Source of the DNA: Bdellovibrionota bacterium
GTDB lineage: Bacteria; Bdellovibrionota_C; UBA2361; OMII01
Reading direction: 5' to 3'
DNA length: 64,000 nucleotides
Assembly: GCA_044337105.1 (NCBI GenBank)
Contig: JBIIOE010000002.1
Coordinates: 5,511 to 69,510 of the forward strand
The notes under the pieces: model-generated
The model's input: only the letters and a program-made list of their open reading frames with translations
What the model was told of the DNA's origin: nothing
Database searches by the model: none
Program-made: the position numbers and the translations under genes
Shown here: piece after piece, positions 1 to 9,902 of the stretch
Layout of the letters: each line of letters begins with the position of its first letter
Numbering within the stretch: position 1 is the stretch's first letter

Positions 1-187
1 CTGTGTATTCGATCCCTTCCTGAGAATCTACAGCCGAAGGTGGCGCTTGATGTCTCGGAATCGGATTTTACACAGGTATGCTAAGTTGCGTATGGGAACG
101 TAACTGAGGCGAGGAGTCCGGAGATTTGAGGGCTTCATGCGGTTATGAGGGTCGCATGGAATGCCGAGATTACGGTGAAGTAGGGCG

Positions 188-514
188 CTACATCTTGACG
201 AGCTCTAGCCTGTATTTCGTCTCAGAATAACTCCCGCGCTGGTTGCCGCACATCAAATTGCGCTCGATCTGGCGCACTCCATCCTCGGACATGCCCATCT
301 TTTCGTAGAATCGGCGGGCTGACTCGTTGTCGCTCTCTACCCAAAGTATGAGCGATTTAACCTGCGGTCGGGTCTGCAGCTCGGTTAGCATCGACTGGAA
401 CAAGGCGCTGCCTACACCGTGCCGATGGTACTCGGGTCGGATCGCCAGCATTGAAAGCTCGACCGTCCCGCGGGCGTACCCAATACTGGGGATAATGCTC
501 GGCCCGAAGCTCAA
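188..514 (-). CDS. GNAT family N-acetyltransferase, possibly N-terminally truncated as predicted
   Basis: Acetyl-CoA-binding motif A (R/Q-x-x-G-x-G/A: 'RHGVGSALF') is present. At 108 aa it is shorter than a typical GNAT, so the start codon is uncertain. Confidence 0.6.
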   Translation of the reverse strand: MSFGPSIIPSIGYARGTVELSMLAIRPEYHRHGVGSALFQSMLTELQTRPQVKSLILWVESDNESARRFYEKMGMSEDGVRQIERNLMCGNQRGSYSETKYRLELVKM

Positions 515-518
515 GAAG

Positions 519-710
519 CCTGGGGAAGCGAGGCAAAACCTACCTGTAGCGAGAAAGTGGAGGTTGGGTCGATATTCGATTTTCGCGATATGGAAAAACC
601 GCAGGTGTATCCTCTGCGATACACTGAGGATTTTTCCATGTCACGAAAATTGAATAACAACCCAACATCCGCTTTCGCAGCAGCGAGGTTTTTTGCCTCG
701 CTTCCCTAGG
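519..710 (+). repeat. family-1 inverted-repeat element, full-length copy A (~190 bp, MITE/REP-like)
   Basis: Ends CCTGGGGAAGCGAGGCAAAACCTACC ... GGTTTTTTGCCTCGCTTCCCTAGG are inverted repeats of each other. The core contains the imperfect palindrome TGGAAAAACCGCAGGTGTATCC..GATACACTGAGGATTTTTCCA. Intergenic, just upstream of the GNAT gene. Confidence 0.8.
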
Positions 711-727
711 GTAATCAGACTGTGGCT

Positions 728-1894
728 TTAGGGGGTAGGTTGGTGCGGAGGAAAGAGCGCCTTGAGCGCTGGAGGAGCAACGATAGAAGTAACAAGGGAC
801 ATCAGAATAATTACTCCATAGACGGTTTGAGAGAAAACGCCTGCTTGCAGACCGAGGCTCGCAACGATGATGCCTACCTCACCGCGCGGGACCATGCCAA
901 TGCCGATGATCAGGCTGGGTCTTCTTCCGAGGGACATCGCCGCCAGGCTACAGGGTATCATTTTCGAGAGGATAGCGAGAAGGGATACGACGAGGATTGT
1001 GACGATCGTGCCGGGGTCGTGCAGTAGAGAGAGATCGACGTGCGCTCCCGTCAACACGAAAAAGTAGGGGGCAAGGAAAGAGGTGATAGGTCGTATGCTC
1101 TCCTCTAAACCTAATCGGTGCTTGGATTCCGCGGAAACCATCCCCGCAAGAAACGCGCCTATGATCGCTGCCAGTCCGATGTGATGAGCGGCCATAGCGA
1201 GAGCGAGACAAGCGCTCAAGGACAGGGCGACTGGGGAGAAGTACCGAGTAGGAAGATCGAGAAGGCCCGAGAAGCTCTGCATCATGCGAGTGCCAACGAA
1301 GGCTATAAGTATTACAAATCCGAGAGCTTGCAGTATCACAACAAGTAGTCCAGCAACATCAACGCTTCCTTGCGCATGCAGGGAGACTACCGCTCCGAGG
1401 ATGAGCATTGCCAGAATGTCGTCTATCACCGCAGCGCCGAGAATCGCGTGGCTCTCGACGGTGTTCAGGGCCCCGAGCTCTCGCAGAACCTGGGCAGTGA
1501 TCCCCGCAGAGGTAGCTACGAACGCTGCTCCGATGAAGAGGGCATTGGGGGCTTCATGCCCTGCGCGCGATGCCCAAAAGCTTCCCACGAGGAAGGGTAC
1601 GAAGACACCAGCCATTCCAACATACGCAGCGATCTTCCCTACACTTTTGAGATCAGCTAGGCGAGTCTCGAGTCCGACCGAAAAGAGTAAAAGTATGGCT
1701 CCGAGTTCCGAAAGAATTGCTACCGACTCGTTGACCTCGATGAGGCTAAGGGCGAAAGGCCCTACCGCGCAACCTGCGGCGATCTCACCGACTACTGTAG
1801 GGATGCGCAGGGCGCGAGCGAACAGAGAGCCGATCTGTGCTGCAACAAAGACGATGAAAAGAGTCGGCAGTACATTGGGGGGTGGAGCGATCAT
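728..1894 (-). CDS. cation:proton antiporter (CPA1/CPA2 Na+/H+ exchanger family)
   Basis: About 11 TM segments. The N-terminus 'NVLPTLFIVFVAAQIGSLFARALRIPTVVGEIAAGCAVGP' and 'GMVPRGEVGIIVA' are typical of KefB/NapA-type exchangers. The ORF-track start (1963) was trimmed to the internal Met 'MIAPPP'. Confidence 0.8.
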   Translation of the reverse strand: MIAPPPNVLPTLFIVFVAAQIGSLFARALRIPTVVGEIAAGCAVGPFALSLIEVNESVAILSELGAILLLFSVGLETRLADLKSVGKIAAYVGMAGVFVPFLVGSFWASRAGHEAPNALFIGAAFVATSAGITAQVLRELGALNTVESHAILGAAVIDDILAMLILGAVVSLHAQGSVDVAGLLVVILQALGFVILIAFVGTRMMQSFSGLLDLPTRYFSPVALSLSACLALAMAAHHIGLAAIIGAFLAGMVSAESKHRLGLEESIRPITSFLAPYFFVLTGAHVDLSLLHDPGTIVTILVVSLLAILSKMIPCSLAAMSLGRRPSLIIGIGMVPRGEVGIIVASLGLQAGVFSQTVYGVIILMSLVTSIVAPPALKALFPPHQPTP

Positions 1895-2117
1895 GTATGT
1901 GGATCGTCGAAGGCAACGGTCCACAGTAGAAAGAGTCGCTGGATAGAGCGACGACCAGTACAACAGAGGCGTATGCTACGCATCAACACGAGCTGCTACC
2001 GTGGTTTCGACGTGAATAGAAAGAGCGAGCATCCGGTTAAGGGTGCTCGCTCGTAGAACGCTCACTGAAACTCTTGTCCCTCGTAGAGAGAGAGAGAGCG
2101 AGGTTTTCGCCTAATGC

Positions 2118-2930
2118 TCAGTGATACGGCTGTTGTGAAGGGCCCACAGTCGAGACCGGTATCTCTTGGAAAACTTGCCGTCTCCATGCAACGTATCCGC
2201 CTAATCCAGCAGCAGCCAACCCGAGAAGCATGGAAAACAGCGCGCCCCATGCCGCTTTGCTCGCGACTTCTGCACTTTGCTGCACTCTCTCCGGGGTTAC
2301 CCGCTGACGTAGGTTCTCCACAGCTTGGCGAGCTTTGTCTTGCGCTTCGCGGGCGGCGTCTCGTGCTTGCTGGTCTATAGGAGCGCCCTCGCTCTGTCCG
2401 GGCTGCCCTGCCTCCGGTCGGGTGGCCTGTCCCGCAAGAGGCGCCGCTGCCTCGATTCCTGTCTGCACAACCCCACCCAATGTTCTGAACAACGATCCGA
2501 CACCGCCAGCGATTACGTACAACAGTAAGGGGATCGTTACCACCCACACCATTACACCCTGGAGGATGCGTGTGAAGTTATCGATAATTGGAGTGGTTCG
2601 TCCCGAGACCCATCCGCCCAGGAAGAAAGATATGAGAGCTACGGCAGCTCCCCATATACCAGCTCCTATGCCGAACGAGCGAAGGGTGTCGTTCGGATCC
2701 ACACTCGAAAAGCCGATTGCGAGTCCAAGGACACTCAGAACTGCTGTCGCCGACAGAACAGTAAAGACTCCTGCCAAAACTGGTCCCCATCGAACCAAGT
2801 CAGGGGATGTGCCCTGAGCGAAGCCTACATCATATCGTTCACTCCCGTGAAACCCTTCAACTCGAGAGAGATTGCCTCCCGATGGATTTTCTTTGTAAAT
2901 ATCTGCGGCCATAAGGTGCCTCCGTGACAC
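2118..2930 (-). CDS. hypothetical integral membrane protein
   Basis: Multiple hydrophobic helices and an Ala/Gln-rich, probably cytoplasmic, C-terminal tail. I recognise no family signature. Confidence 0.4.
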   Translation of the reverse strand: MSRRHLMAADIYKENPSGGNLSRVEGFHGSERYDVGFAQGTSPDLVRWGPVLAGVFTVLSATAVLSVLGLAIGFSSVDPNDTLRSFGIGAGIWGAAVALISFFLGGWVSGRTTPIIDNFTRILQGVMVWVVTIPLLLYVIAGGVGSLFRTLGGVVQTGIEAAAPLAGQATRPEAGQPGQSEGAPIDQQARDAAREAQDKARQAVENLRQRVTPERVQQSAEVASKAAWGALFSMLLGLAAAGLGGYVAWRRQVFQEIPVSTVGPSQQPYH

Positions 2931-3221
2931 TTGTAAAATTCATGGGCATTCGCCCACATCTCCGCTACGACCCAACTTTCCCCATATGGTGCTGGAGCCC
3001 GCATGCCGTACGACATGCGGGTGGATAACTCTTTGTGGTGCGAGCAGAAGACCTTAGACGTCGGAGCCATCTCAGCACGAGCATGCAGTGCGTGCTTTGA
3101 TCAATGACTCTTCGTGGCTAAGGCTCTCTGCGAGCACGCCGAGTTAGGAATAGTATAGAGAATCCTGCTGCTCTGTGAGCTGATCAGAATTAGAGAGAGG
3201 ATCCCCTTATCGATGACTCTT

Positions 3222-3677
3222 CTAATGAGTTAGCGATGATGGTGAGGACCAGCCCCGCTGCTGACCAGCGTTGCGTGTCACCTGCTGTGCGTAGTCGCGG
3301 GGGGCTTTCTCGACGAGATCGGCCTGAGACACGATGCCACAACAGATTCCTCGATTGTCCACTACAGGAACTCGGCGCACTACGTTCTCGTCCATGACTC
3401 GCAAGCATTCCTGTACAGACATCTCTGGATTAACGCTGGCAACAGGGGATGACATGCAGTCTCGAACCATGACCGCGGCAGGGGAGAGGTTTCGTGCAAC
3501 GACGCGACAGCAGATGTCGCGGTCCGTAACCACTCCTACCAATCGGCGACTCTGCTGGTCTTCGACGACAGGGATCTGTCCGCAATCGTTCTCTACCATC
3601 AGCTTGGCAGCCTCGACGACGTTGGTGTTCGGCGTACAGCATACCGGGTCTTTCGACATTATCTCTCGAACATTCAT
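3222..3677 (-). CDS. CBS-domain pair protein
   Basis: Two CBS repeats ('VMSKDPVCCTP...AAKLM', 'VPVVDNRGICCGIVSQADL'). Confidence 0.8.
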   Translation of the reverse strand: MNVREIMSKDPVCCTPNTNVVEAAKLMVENDCGQIPVVEDQQSRRLVGVVTDRDICCRVVARNLSPAAVMVRDCMSSPVASVNPEMSVQECLRVMDENVVRRVPVVDNRGICCGIVSQADLVEKAPRDYAQQVTRNAGQQRGWSSPSSLTH

Positions 3678-3770
3678 AGCTATCTCTCCTCGAACTATGT
3701 GCTATCTCGCTAGTCGCGTAAGTGAGAGCTGGTCTTACAACGCGAAAGAGGTGGTCAGCACTGATTCGGG

Positions 3771-4850
3771 TCAGGGATGCCCTGTATCGGGGTGTTCTTG
3801 CTTGCTCAGTGCCTTTGCGATAATTCGAGCCGCTTGGGCGTGCCCGACGGTGCTAAGATGCCTGTCAGCCTCTGAATAGAGGGGTTCGCCGCGCCATGCG
3901 ACGAATTCAGGATATAGATCCACGACCTCAAGACCCTCTTCGCGGCAGATCGTGAGAGCAGCTTCGTCGAGATGTGAGCGAGGGGTGTTCTGCATATCGT
4001 TGTGGGATGGGATGACGATAGCGCTAGGACGGATGGAGTGCTCGAGGGCGACCCTCTTGAATTCCCTCAACACGAGCTTCATCAGTATCTGAGCTTTTCG
4101 ATATTCCTGCTCGTCGGGAATATCGTCGGTGGTCTTGTCGTTGAACAGGATTTCGGAGATGTGTTCCTCCGTTTCCTCCGGTAGAAAGTGGCCGGTCGTG
4201 ATGAGCCGTAACGCCATCGGGAGTCTGAAGGTCGGAATGATCTGTTCGATCGGATTTGGGTGTAGTGGCCTCAAGCTACCATCGTCGGCGTTGATCTCGA
4301 AGAGGTGGTTCTTGAGCAGGTCATTGAAATCGTTTGACGGGTACAGCGAAAAAAGTGCTTGAGACGGCGCAAGCGGCAATCCATACCGTTTGAAAGCTAG
4401 CAGCGACTGATCAGGTCCGTAGCCTTGTACCCCCATGTTGTAGACTTCTCGACCAGTCAGGAGCTTTTCGAGCTGCTGGGGGAACGTGTCCCTCGGCTCT
4501 ACAATCAAACCCATCGGAAATGAATCCCCCGAGACGGTGATCAGGTGCCTTCCCGAGTGTGTTGGCTTCTCGTCACGAAAGCCATCGGCGTTGATGTGAT
4601 GGGTTTCGTTGGGGATCATACGGAAGAGAGTTTCCGTATCGAGTGTAAAGAAGGTGATACCCTTAGTGCCGCCAACGCCTTTGCCTACGAGTTGGTAGGT
4701 AGGCCACACCCCCCATACCTTCATTGAGAGTTCGGAAAACAGAACACACAGTGTTGCTATAGCACACCACTTCGCTACGAATTTAAAGAGAGCCAGCATA
4801 CATCCTGATGTACCATCCCAACGAGCTCTACAGAAGGAGCGAAATGTCAT
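3771..4850 (-). CDS. SGNH/GDSL-type hydrolase (AlgX/AlgJ-like esterase/acyltransferase) with N-terminal membrane anchor
   Basis: GDS block 'ITVSGDSF' near the N-terminus and a C-terminal 'DRHLSTVGH' (DxxH catalytic block). Hydrophobic N-terminus. Confidence 0.6.
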   Translation of the reverse strand: MTFRSFCRARWDGTSGCMLALFKFVAKWCAIATLCVLFSELSMKVWGVWPTYQLVGKGVGGTKGITFFTLDTETLFRMIPNETHHINADGFRDEKPTHSGRHLITVSGDSFPMGLIVEPRDTFPQQLEKLLTGREVYNMGVQGYGPDQSLLAFKRYGLPLAPSQALFSLYPSNDFNDLLKNHLFEINADDGSLRPLHPNPIEQIIPTFRLPMALRLITTGHFLPEETEEHISEILFNDKTTDDIPDEQEYRKAQILMKLVLREFKRVALEHSIRPSAIVIPSHNDMQNTPRSHLDEAALTICREEGLEVVDLYPEFVAWRGEPLYSEADRHLSTVGHAQAARIIAKALSKQEHPDTGHP

Positions 4851-5235
4851 TTTGTAGAATCATACGACACAACGTGCAAATTACGCCGGCCTCTACAGGA
4901 ATTAAGTGCCCGACAATATAAGAATCGCGCAAAGAATTGGGAGTATCACATCTTTCGTCCTACCATGATCTCCATATTTTCCGCAAAAAATGTCTAGCCC
5001 GCCATGAGCCCTCTCCTTACGGTTGAGCTGTGGCTCCTGAGGTCGGCAGATGATGCAACGCGATGTGTTGCGGTGCGCACGCTACTGGCGTCCGAAGAGG
5101 AGCTCGGTTCGGTTGTGAAGATAGGTTTTCGTGCAGTACATGCACCCTCTGTTCGAGGGTGCAGGTTTTAGTTAGCTCCCCACGACGTTCCTTCGCAGTC
5201 GAACGTTTCTCTTTCAACAGGGGAGCGATTCGAGA

Positions 5236-7725
5236 GTGTGTATGAGGTTGTATCTAAAGACGGTCGTGGCACTTTGCCTCGTCACGACCTGCCTTCTTCG
5301 ATCCACGGGTAGGGCGGCAGCACAGGCCGCGTCCTTTACTGTAATGCGGGTGACATCTCTTGCCGATTCCGGAGCAGGAACTCTGCGGGAGTGTGTCTCG
5401 AAGGGATTCCCACGGGTGTGTGTGTTCGAGGTCTCCGGTCGTATCAAATTGTCGAGTGATCTCGTGATTACTCAGCCTGATCTCATAATTGCGGGGCAAA
5501 CCGCTCCGTCGCCCGGAATACTCGTCAGTAATGCCGGAATTAGGGTGAAGAGTCACCATGTTCGCATAGAGCACATCGCCGTTCGCGCGGGAGATGACAA
5601 ATCCGGGCCGGACCCTCGAAGTCGCGACAGTATGAGTATCCAGGGGTCATCGGCTTACGAGGTTAAGCTCAAGAACCTCTCGATATCGTGGGGAGTGGAC
5701 GAGAACTTTTCGACCTACCAGGGTATAAAGAACGTAACGGTAGAGAACTCCATTATCTCTGAGGGGTTGATGTACTCGTTGCATCCGAAGGGGCACCACA
5801 GTATGGGAGCCCTGGTCGGCGAGACAGCACGAAGTGTCATCTTCAGGAACAATCTCTTCGCGGTCAACAATGACCGCAACATACGTTGGAAGTTTGATAC
5901 GACGGGGGCCATGATCAACAACGTCATATACGGATGGGGGGGCACGTCATCGTGGAATACGACGAATCTTTCCGACACCGACGGGGCGAACAAAGCCAAC
6001 GTTTTGGATATCATCGGAAACAGGTATATTCCGGGGCCTCACGGTCTGCAGACGGCGTACGCAGTGTATTCATCCAAAGTCCCGAGCAATTCTAAGATAT
6101 ATCTCGCGGACAATATCGCTTCACGACTCACGAACGTACCGTCTTCCTTTTTGGTGAAGACTCCCAACTTCGGCATCTCGGATGTGATGCCGGTCGCGGA
6201 TGCGTATGAGTATGTTTTGGCCAACGCAGGTAGTCGGCCATGGGATCGCAACGCCGATGACATTCGTGTGATCTCGGGAGTCAAAGCTCGAACGCTGAAG
6301 CTCCGCAACTCTGTAGGCGCTTGGCCTGCATATGAGGTTAACCGCAAGCCGGTGGAGATACCGGATGGAGCGGTGGGGCTCGATCGAATCAACTCAGTCC
6401 TCGCATCGTGCGAAAAATCTTCTGGTTCGACAGTTGAAGCAACGTCGACACCTCCCGTAGTGGCGACAGCCACTCCGCGACCACCGAGCGCTCCGACGCA
6501 GGTCGCTACACCGGTTGTGGCACCGGTAGCAACGCTAGTGCCCTCAACGCCTCCGACAGGGAGTCCGAGCGCACCAGGGATATCTCGCGGCCCTTCTGCG
6601 GCGCGAGCTTATACGGTGGTCAAGGTTACATCGCTTGCGGATGCAGGACAGGGAACGCTGCGGGACTGCGTGGAGAAGCCGTTTCCCCGAGTGTGCGTGT
6701 TCGAGGTTTCTGGTGGTATCAAACTGACCCGGAATCTAGTCGTCGACCAACCCAACCTCGTAGTAGCGGGACAGACAGCGCCTTCTCCAGGGATTGTGTT
6801 GACTAATGCGGGAATTGTGGTCAGGAGTCACGACGTACGAGTCGAGCACCTGAGTGTGCGTAGCGGAGATGCTCCTGATGGGCCAGCGCCGGCGTCTCGG
6901 CGCAGCATCAGCGTCCGGGGCTCTTTAGCGCACGACGTAAGGTTTAAGAACCTCTCAGTTTCGTGGGCAGTGGCTGAGAATATACAGACGGCAGGGCCAG
7001 TAAAGAATGTGGTGTTCGAGAACTGTATCATCTCAGAGGCTCTACACCGTTCGATACATCCCAAAGGAGCTCACAGCATGGGAGTTTCGGTAAATCAGAG
7101 GGCTCGAGGGGTGCGCTTTGTCGGGAATCTTTTGGCTGCTAATGGAGACCGTAACATTAGCTGGCAGTACGATACTCGTGGCGAGATGATCAACAACGTC
7201 ATCTACGGATGGGGAAATGCTAGTTCGCGGAATACGACCAATATCTCCGATCCGAGCAATGCGGGTAGAGCGACAGTGCTGGATGCCATCGGAAATGTCT
7301 TTCTTGCGGGTCCGCAAGGGATGAGTAGGCCATACGCCTTCTATTCGGCAAGCACTCCGAGGGGATCAAAGATCTTCCTGAGTGACAACATCGCGCCACG
7401 ACTTACCAACATAGGGTCAAAGTATCGGGTCAGGCGGCGAAGCTTTGCGGGAGCGACCGCAGCGCCGGCATCGACAACTTTGGAGTCGGTGCTCCGAAGT
7501 GCCGGAGCTCGTCCGTGGGATCGCAATCCGGATGACGCTAGGGTGATAGAAGGGGTCAGGTCACGCTCTCTGCGAATACGCAATAGGGTAGGGGCATGGC
7601 CTCTGTATGCCAGAAACGGGCGCAGCATCCAGATGGCAGAGGCGTTGATTACGCAGGAGCGTCTCGATCGGGCGCTACCGCTCTTCGAAGTGCAAATGGG
7701 TGCTCCCACGTTGCCCGCTTTTTGA
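5236..7725 (+). CDS. secreted protein with two tandem pectate-lyase-like right-handed beta-helix domains joined by a Pro/Thr-rich linker
   Basis: Signal peptide. Each half (aa ~30-400 and ~455-829) carries 'DSMSIQGSS..VKLKNLSISWGVDEN' (compare PL1 'D..I.....NVWIDH.S.S..D') and 'DRNIRWKFD..GAMINNVIYGWG' (PL1 'R.P..R.G...NN.Y'). The two halves are about 70% identical. Confidence 0.6.
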   Translation: MCMRLYLKTVVALCLVTTCLLRSTGRAAAQAASFTVMRVTSLADSGAGTLRECVSKGFPRVCVFEVSGRIKLSSDLVITQPDLIIAGQTAPSPGILVSNAGIRVKSHHVRIEHIAVRAGDDKSGPDPRSRDSMSIQGSSAYEVKLKNLSISWGVDENFSTYQGIKNVTVENSIISEGLMYSLHPKGHHSMGALVGETARSVIFRNNLFAVNNDRNIRWKFDTTGAMINNVIYGWGGTSSWNTTNLSDTDGANKANVLDIIGNRYIPGPHGLQTAYAVYSSKVPSNSKIYLADNIASRLTNVPSSFLVKTPNFGISDVMPVADAYEYVLANAGSRPWDRNADDIRVISGVKARTLKLRNSVGAWPAYEVNRKPVEIPDGAVGLDRINSVLASCEKSSGSTVEATSTPPVVATATPRPPSAPTQVATPVVAPVATLVPSTPPTGSPSAPGISRGPSAARAYTVVKVTSLADAGQGTLRDCVEKPFPRVCVFEVSGGIKLTRNLVVDQPNLVVAGQTAPSPGIVLTNAGIVVRSHDVRVEHLSVRSGDAPDGPAPASRRSISVRGSLAHDVRFKNLSVSWAVAENIQTAGPVKNVVFENCIISEALHRSIHPKGAHSMGVSVNQRARGVRFVGNLLAANGDRNISWQYDTRGEMINNVIYGWGNASSRNTTNISDPSNAGRATVLDAIGNVFLAGPQGMSRPYAFYSASTPRGSKIFLSDNIAPRLTNIGSKYRVRRRSFAGATAAPASTTLESVLRSAGARPWDRNPDDARVIEGVRSRSLRIRNRVGAWPLYARNGRSIQMAEALITQERLDRALPLFEVQMGAPTLPAF

Positions 7726-7901
7726 TATGGTGATCCACGAGCGGTACCGCTGAGACGTCAGCGGTTTCCGTCGCCCTCTGCGTACCGTAAAGGTGCGCAG
7801 GGGGCTTTTTTTGCTCGCTGCGTGTGTGAGGCCGCAGTAGGAGCGGCCACTCTGCGGCAGGAGCGGGTGGGTCGCGCGATGTAGGAAATTGAGGAACAGA
7901 T

Positions 7902-9902
7902 ATGACTAGACGTATGACAACGTGCTGTGCGCTTGCCAGCCTGCTCGTGATCGCGCTCTACTTCCGCAGCATGGTCGGTCTGTTTTGGGACGAAGGGGAG
8001 CACCTTCACCCTGACGAGCGTTTTCTCACGATGGTGACCGAACGCATCGCATTGCCATCCTCAATCGGGGAGTATTTCAACTCTCAGACCTCGCCGCTGA
8101 GTCCATACAACAATGATTTCGGCTTTTTTGTGTATGGCACCCTTCCCATCTTTGTCACCAAGTACGTAGCGGCAGTCTTGGGATTGGCAGACTACGGACA
8201 TGTACACATCGTCGGCAGAGTGATGAATTCGGTGTTCGAACTCTTGAGCCTGTTCACGCTGTATCTGTTTGGCAGCCGAGTTTTCAATCGAGCAACAGGG
8301 TTAACGGCTGCGCTTCTGTTTGCGATCGTTCCTCAAAACATCCAGCTCTCGCACTTCTACGGAGTAGAGAGTGCCGCAGCCTTCTTTGTGCTGCTGTCGT
8401 TCTTGCTGTCCACAGAGGTACTGCTACCTCGCGAGGCACCCAGACCAGTGAGTAAACGGGTCAAGATAGGGACCGCATGCGTAGTCGTCCTGGGGTCTCT
8501 CGCACTCGTCATGAGTGGGCTACCGTCTTTTGTAGCGTTCCAATTAGTAGCTCTGGTTGTAGGTGTCGGGGCATGCCTGGCATTCCATGCGAGCTGTGGA
8601 ATCCTCCTTCGATCGGCCCTTTTGGGTCTTACCGTGGGATGCGCCTTGGCGTGCAAAATCAGCACGGTGTACGCGATCCCCTTTATATTTCTTCCACTCG
8701 CGGTTGAATTCCTCCGTAGCTGCCTCAGGAAGATAGCCTCGATTGGTTCAGCCAGAGATGAATTCGGAGAGCTTCCGCGCCCCTCGTATCTGGTTCTGGG
8801 GGGAATCATGGCGGTGTTCATAGCGGCCCTCGGATTTCGTGTGTTTCAACCGTACGCTTTTGAAGGTACCTCGATACTCTCGCTCAAGCTTGCCCCGAAG
8901 TTCCTTTCCAACATGTCTGAAGTAAAGGGGCTGATGAAAGGCGCGGATTTTCCGCCTTCTGTCTATTGGGTCGATCAACCGGCATTTTTGTTCCACTGGC
9001 GCAACATGCTGTGGTGGCAGATGGGGCTCGGCTGGTTCGTAGCTGCATGGGGTGGCTTGTTATTTGTCGTGTGGAGGCTTCTGAAGGCTGCCGATGTCGT
9101 GACGTTGCCGTGGGTTGCTTGGACGGTTTTTTGGTTCTCATTTAACGCGATCAGCTTCGCCAAGGCTGGACGCTACCTTTCGCTCATTTATCCATTCTTT
9201 GCGCTTGCCGGTGGTTGTCTACTTGTGGCGGTGACTCGAGCTGTCAATCAATCGGTGTTCGTGGGAGGGGCGGGGCGTATGCATGCGCGTGTCGTAGCGC
9301 TTGTGCCTGCTAGTATCGTGGTTGTCAGTGCGCTGATATGGGCGATTGCGGTAACGAATATCTATCGCCGTCCGCATACTCGTATCGCTGCTTCACGCTG
9401 GATCTATGCGAATATTCCGTGTGGTTCCACCCTGGCAAATGAGCATTGGGACGACGGATTGCCACTCCGCGTGGATGGAAAGGACGGCTTCGGAGCTTGT
9501 TACAAAGGTCTCGAGTTCGAGCACTATCACTGGGATGATTCAAAGAAATTAGCCTCGACGTTGAGTAAGCTCCAGCAGACTGATTACATCATACTCTCGA
9601 GTAATCGCTTGTCCGGCTCTATTCCTCGTATGCCGCGTCGGTTCCCTTTCACCACTGAGTACTACAGGATGTTGTTTTCGGGTGAATTGGGATTCGCACT
9701 GGAGAAGATCTTCACGTCGTATCCGTCCTTTGGTCCATTTGAGCTGAAAGACGACACGTTCGAGGAGCTGCTACTAAACTACGATCATCCCAAGGTTCTC
9801 ATCTTCAAGAAGACCCCTAACTTCGATTTCGAGTACGTATCGAAGAAGCTCCGAGCGTTCCCGCCGCATGTGCCTCTCACGTTGTTGGACCAGCAGACCT
9901 AG
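7902..9902 (+). CDS. GT-C fold membrane glycosyltransferase (ArnT/PMT-like, GT39/GT83-type)
   Basis: About 12-13 TM helices and a first-loop acidic motif 'WDEGEHLHPDERF'. 666 aa, typical of undecaprenyl/dolichyl-phosphate-sugar dependent transferases. Confidence 0.55.
   Translation: MTRRMTTCCALASLLVIALYFRSMVGLFWDEGEHLHPDERFLTMVTERIALPSSIGEYFNSQTSPLSPYNNDFGFFVYGTLPIFVTKYVAAVLGLADYGHVHIVGRVMNSVFELLSLFTLYLFGSRVFNRATGLTAALLFAIVPQNIQLSHFYGVESAAAFFVLLSFLLSTEVLLPREAPRPVSKRVKIGTACVVVLGSLALVMSGLPSFVAFQLVALVVGVGACLAFHASCGILLRSALLGLTVGCALACKISTVYAIPFIFLPLAVEFLRSCLRKIASIGSARDEFGELPRPSYLVLGGIMAVFIAALGFRVFQPYAFEGTSILSLKLAPKFLSNMSEVKGLMKGADFPPSVYWVDQPAFLFHWRNMLWWQMGLGWFVAAWGGLLFVVWRLLKAADVVTLPWVAWTVFWFSFNAISFAKAGRYLSLIYPFFALAGGCLLVAVTRAVNQSVFVGGAGRMHARVVALVPASIVVVSALIWAIAVTNIYRRPHTRIAASRWIYANIPCGSTLANEHWDDGLPLRVDGKDGFGACYKGLEFEHYHWDDSKKLASTLSKLQQTDYIILSSNRLSGSIPRMPRRFPFTTEYYRMLFSGELGFALEKIFTSYPSFGPFELKDDTFEELLLNYDHPKVLIFKKTPNFDFEYVSKKLRAFPPHVPLTLLDQQT

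Noticed and set aside
1284-1946. 220-aa ORF on the + strand (plus 867..1067, 948..1211, 1118..1348, 1370..1660)
   Set aside because: These lie entirely inside and antisense to (or frame-shifted against) the well-supported antiporter gene. Their Arg/Ala/Pro-rich composition is typical of shadow ORFs in high-GC DNA.
2062-2547. 161-aa minus-strand ORF and 2335..2817 + strand ORF
   Set aside because: Both overlap the longer 2118..2930 membrane-protein ORF in other frames or strands and have Arg/Ser/Pro-rich shadow composition.
6430-6600. Pro/Thr/Ala-rich repetitive DNA
   Set aside because: It is the in-frame interdomain linker of the tandem lyase protein, not an independent repeat element.
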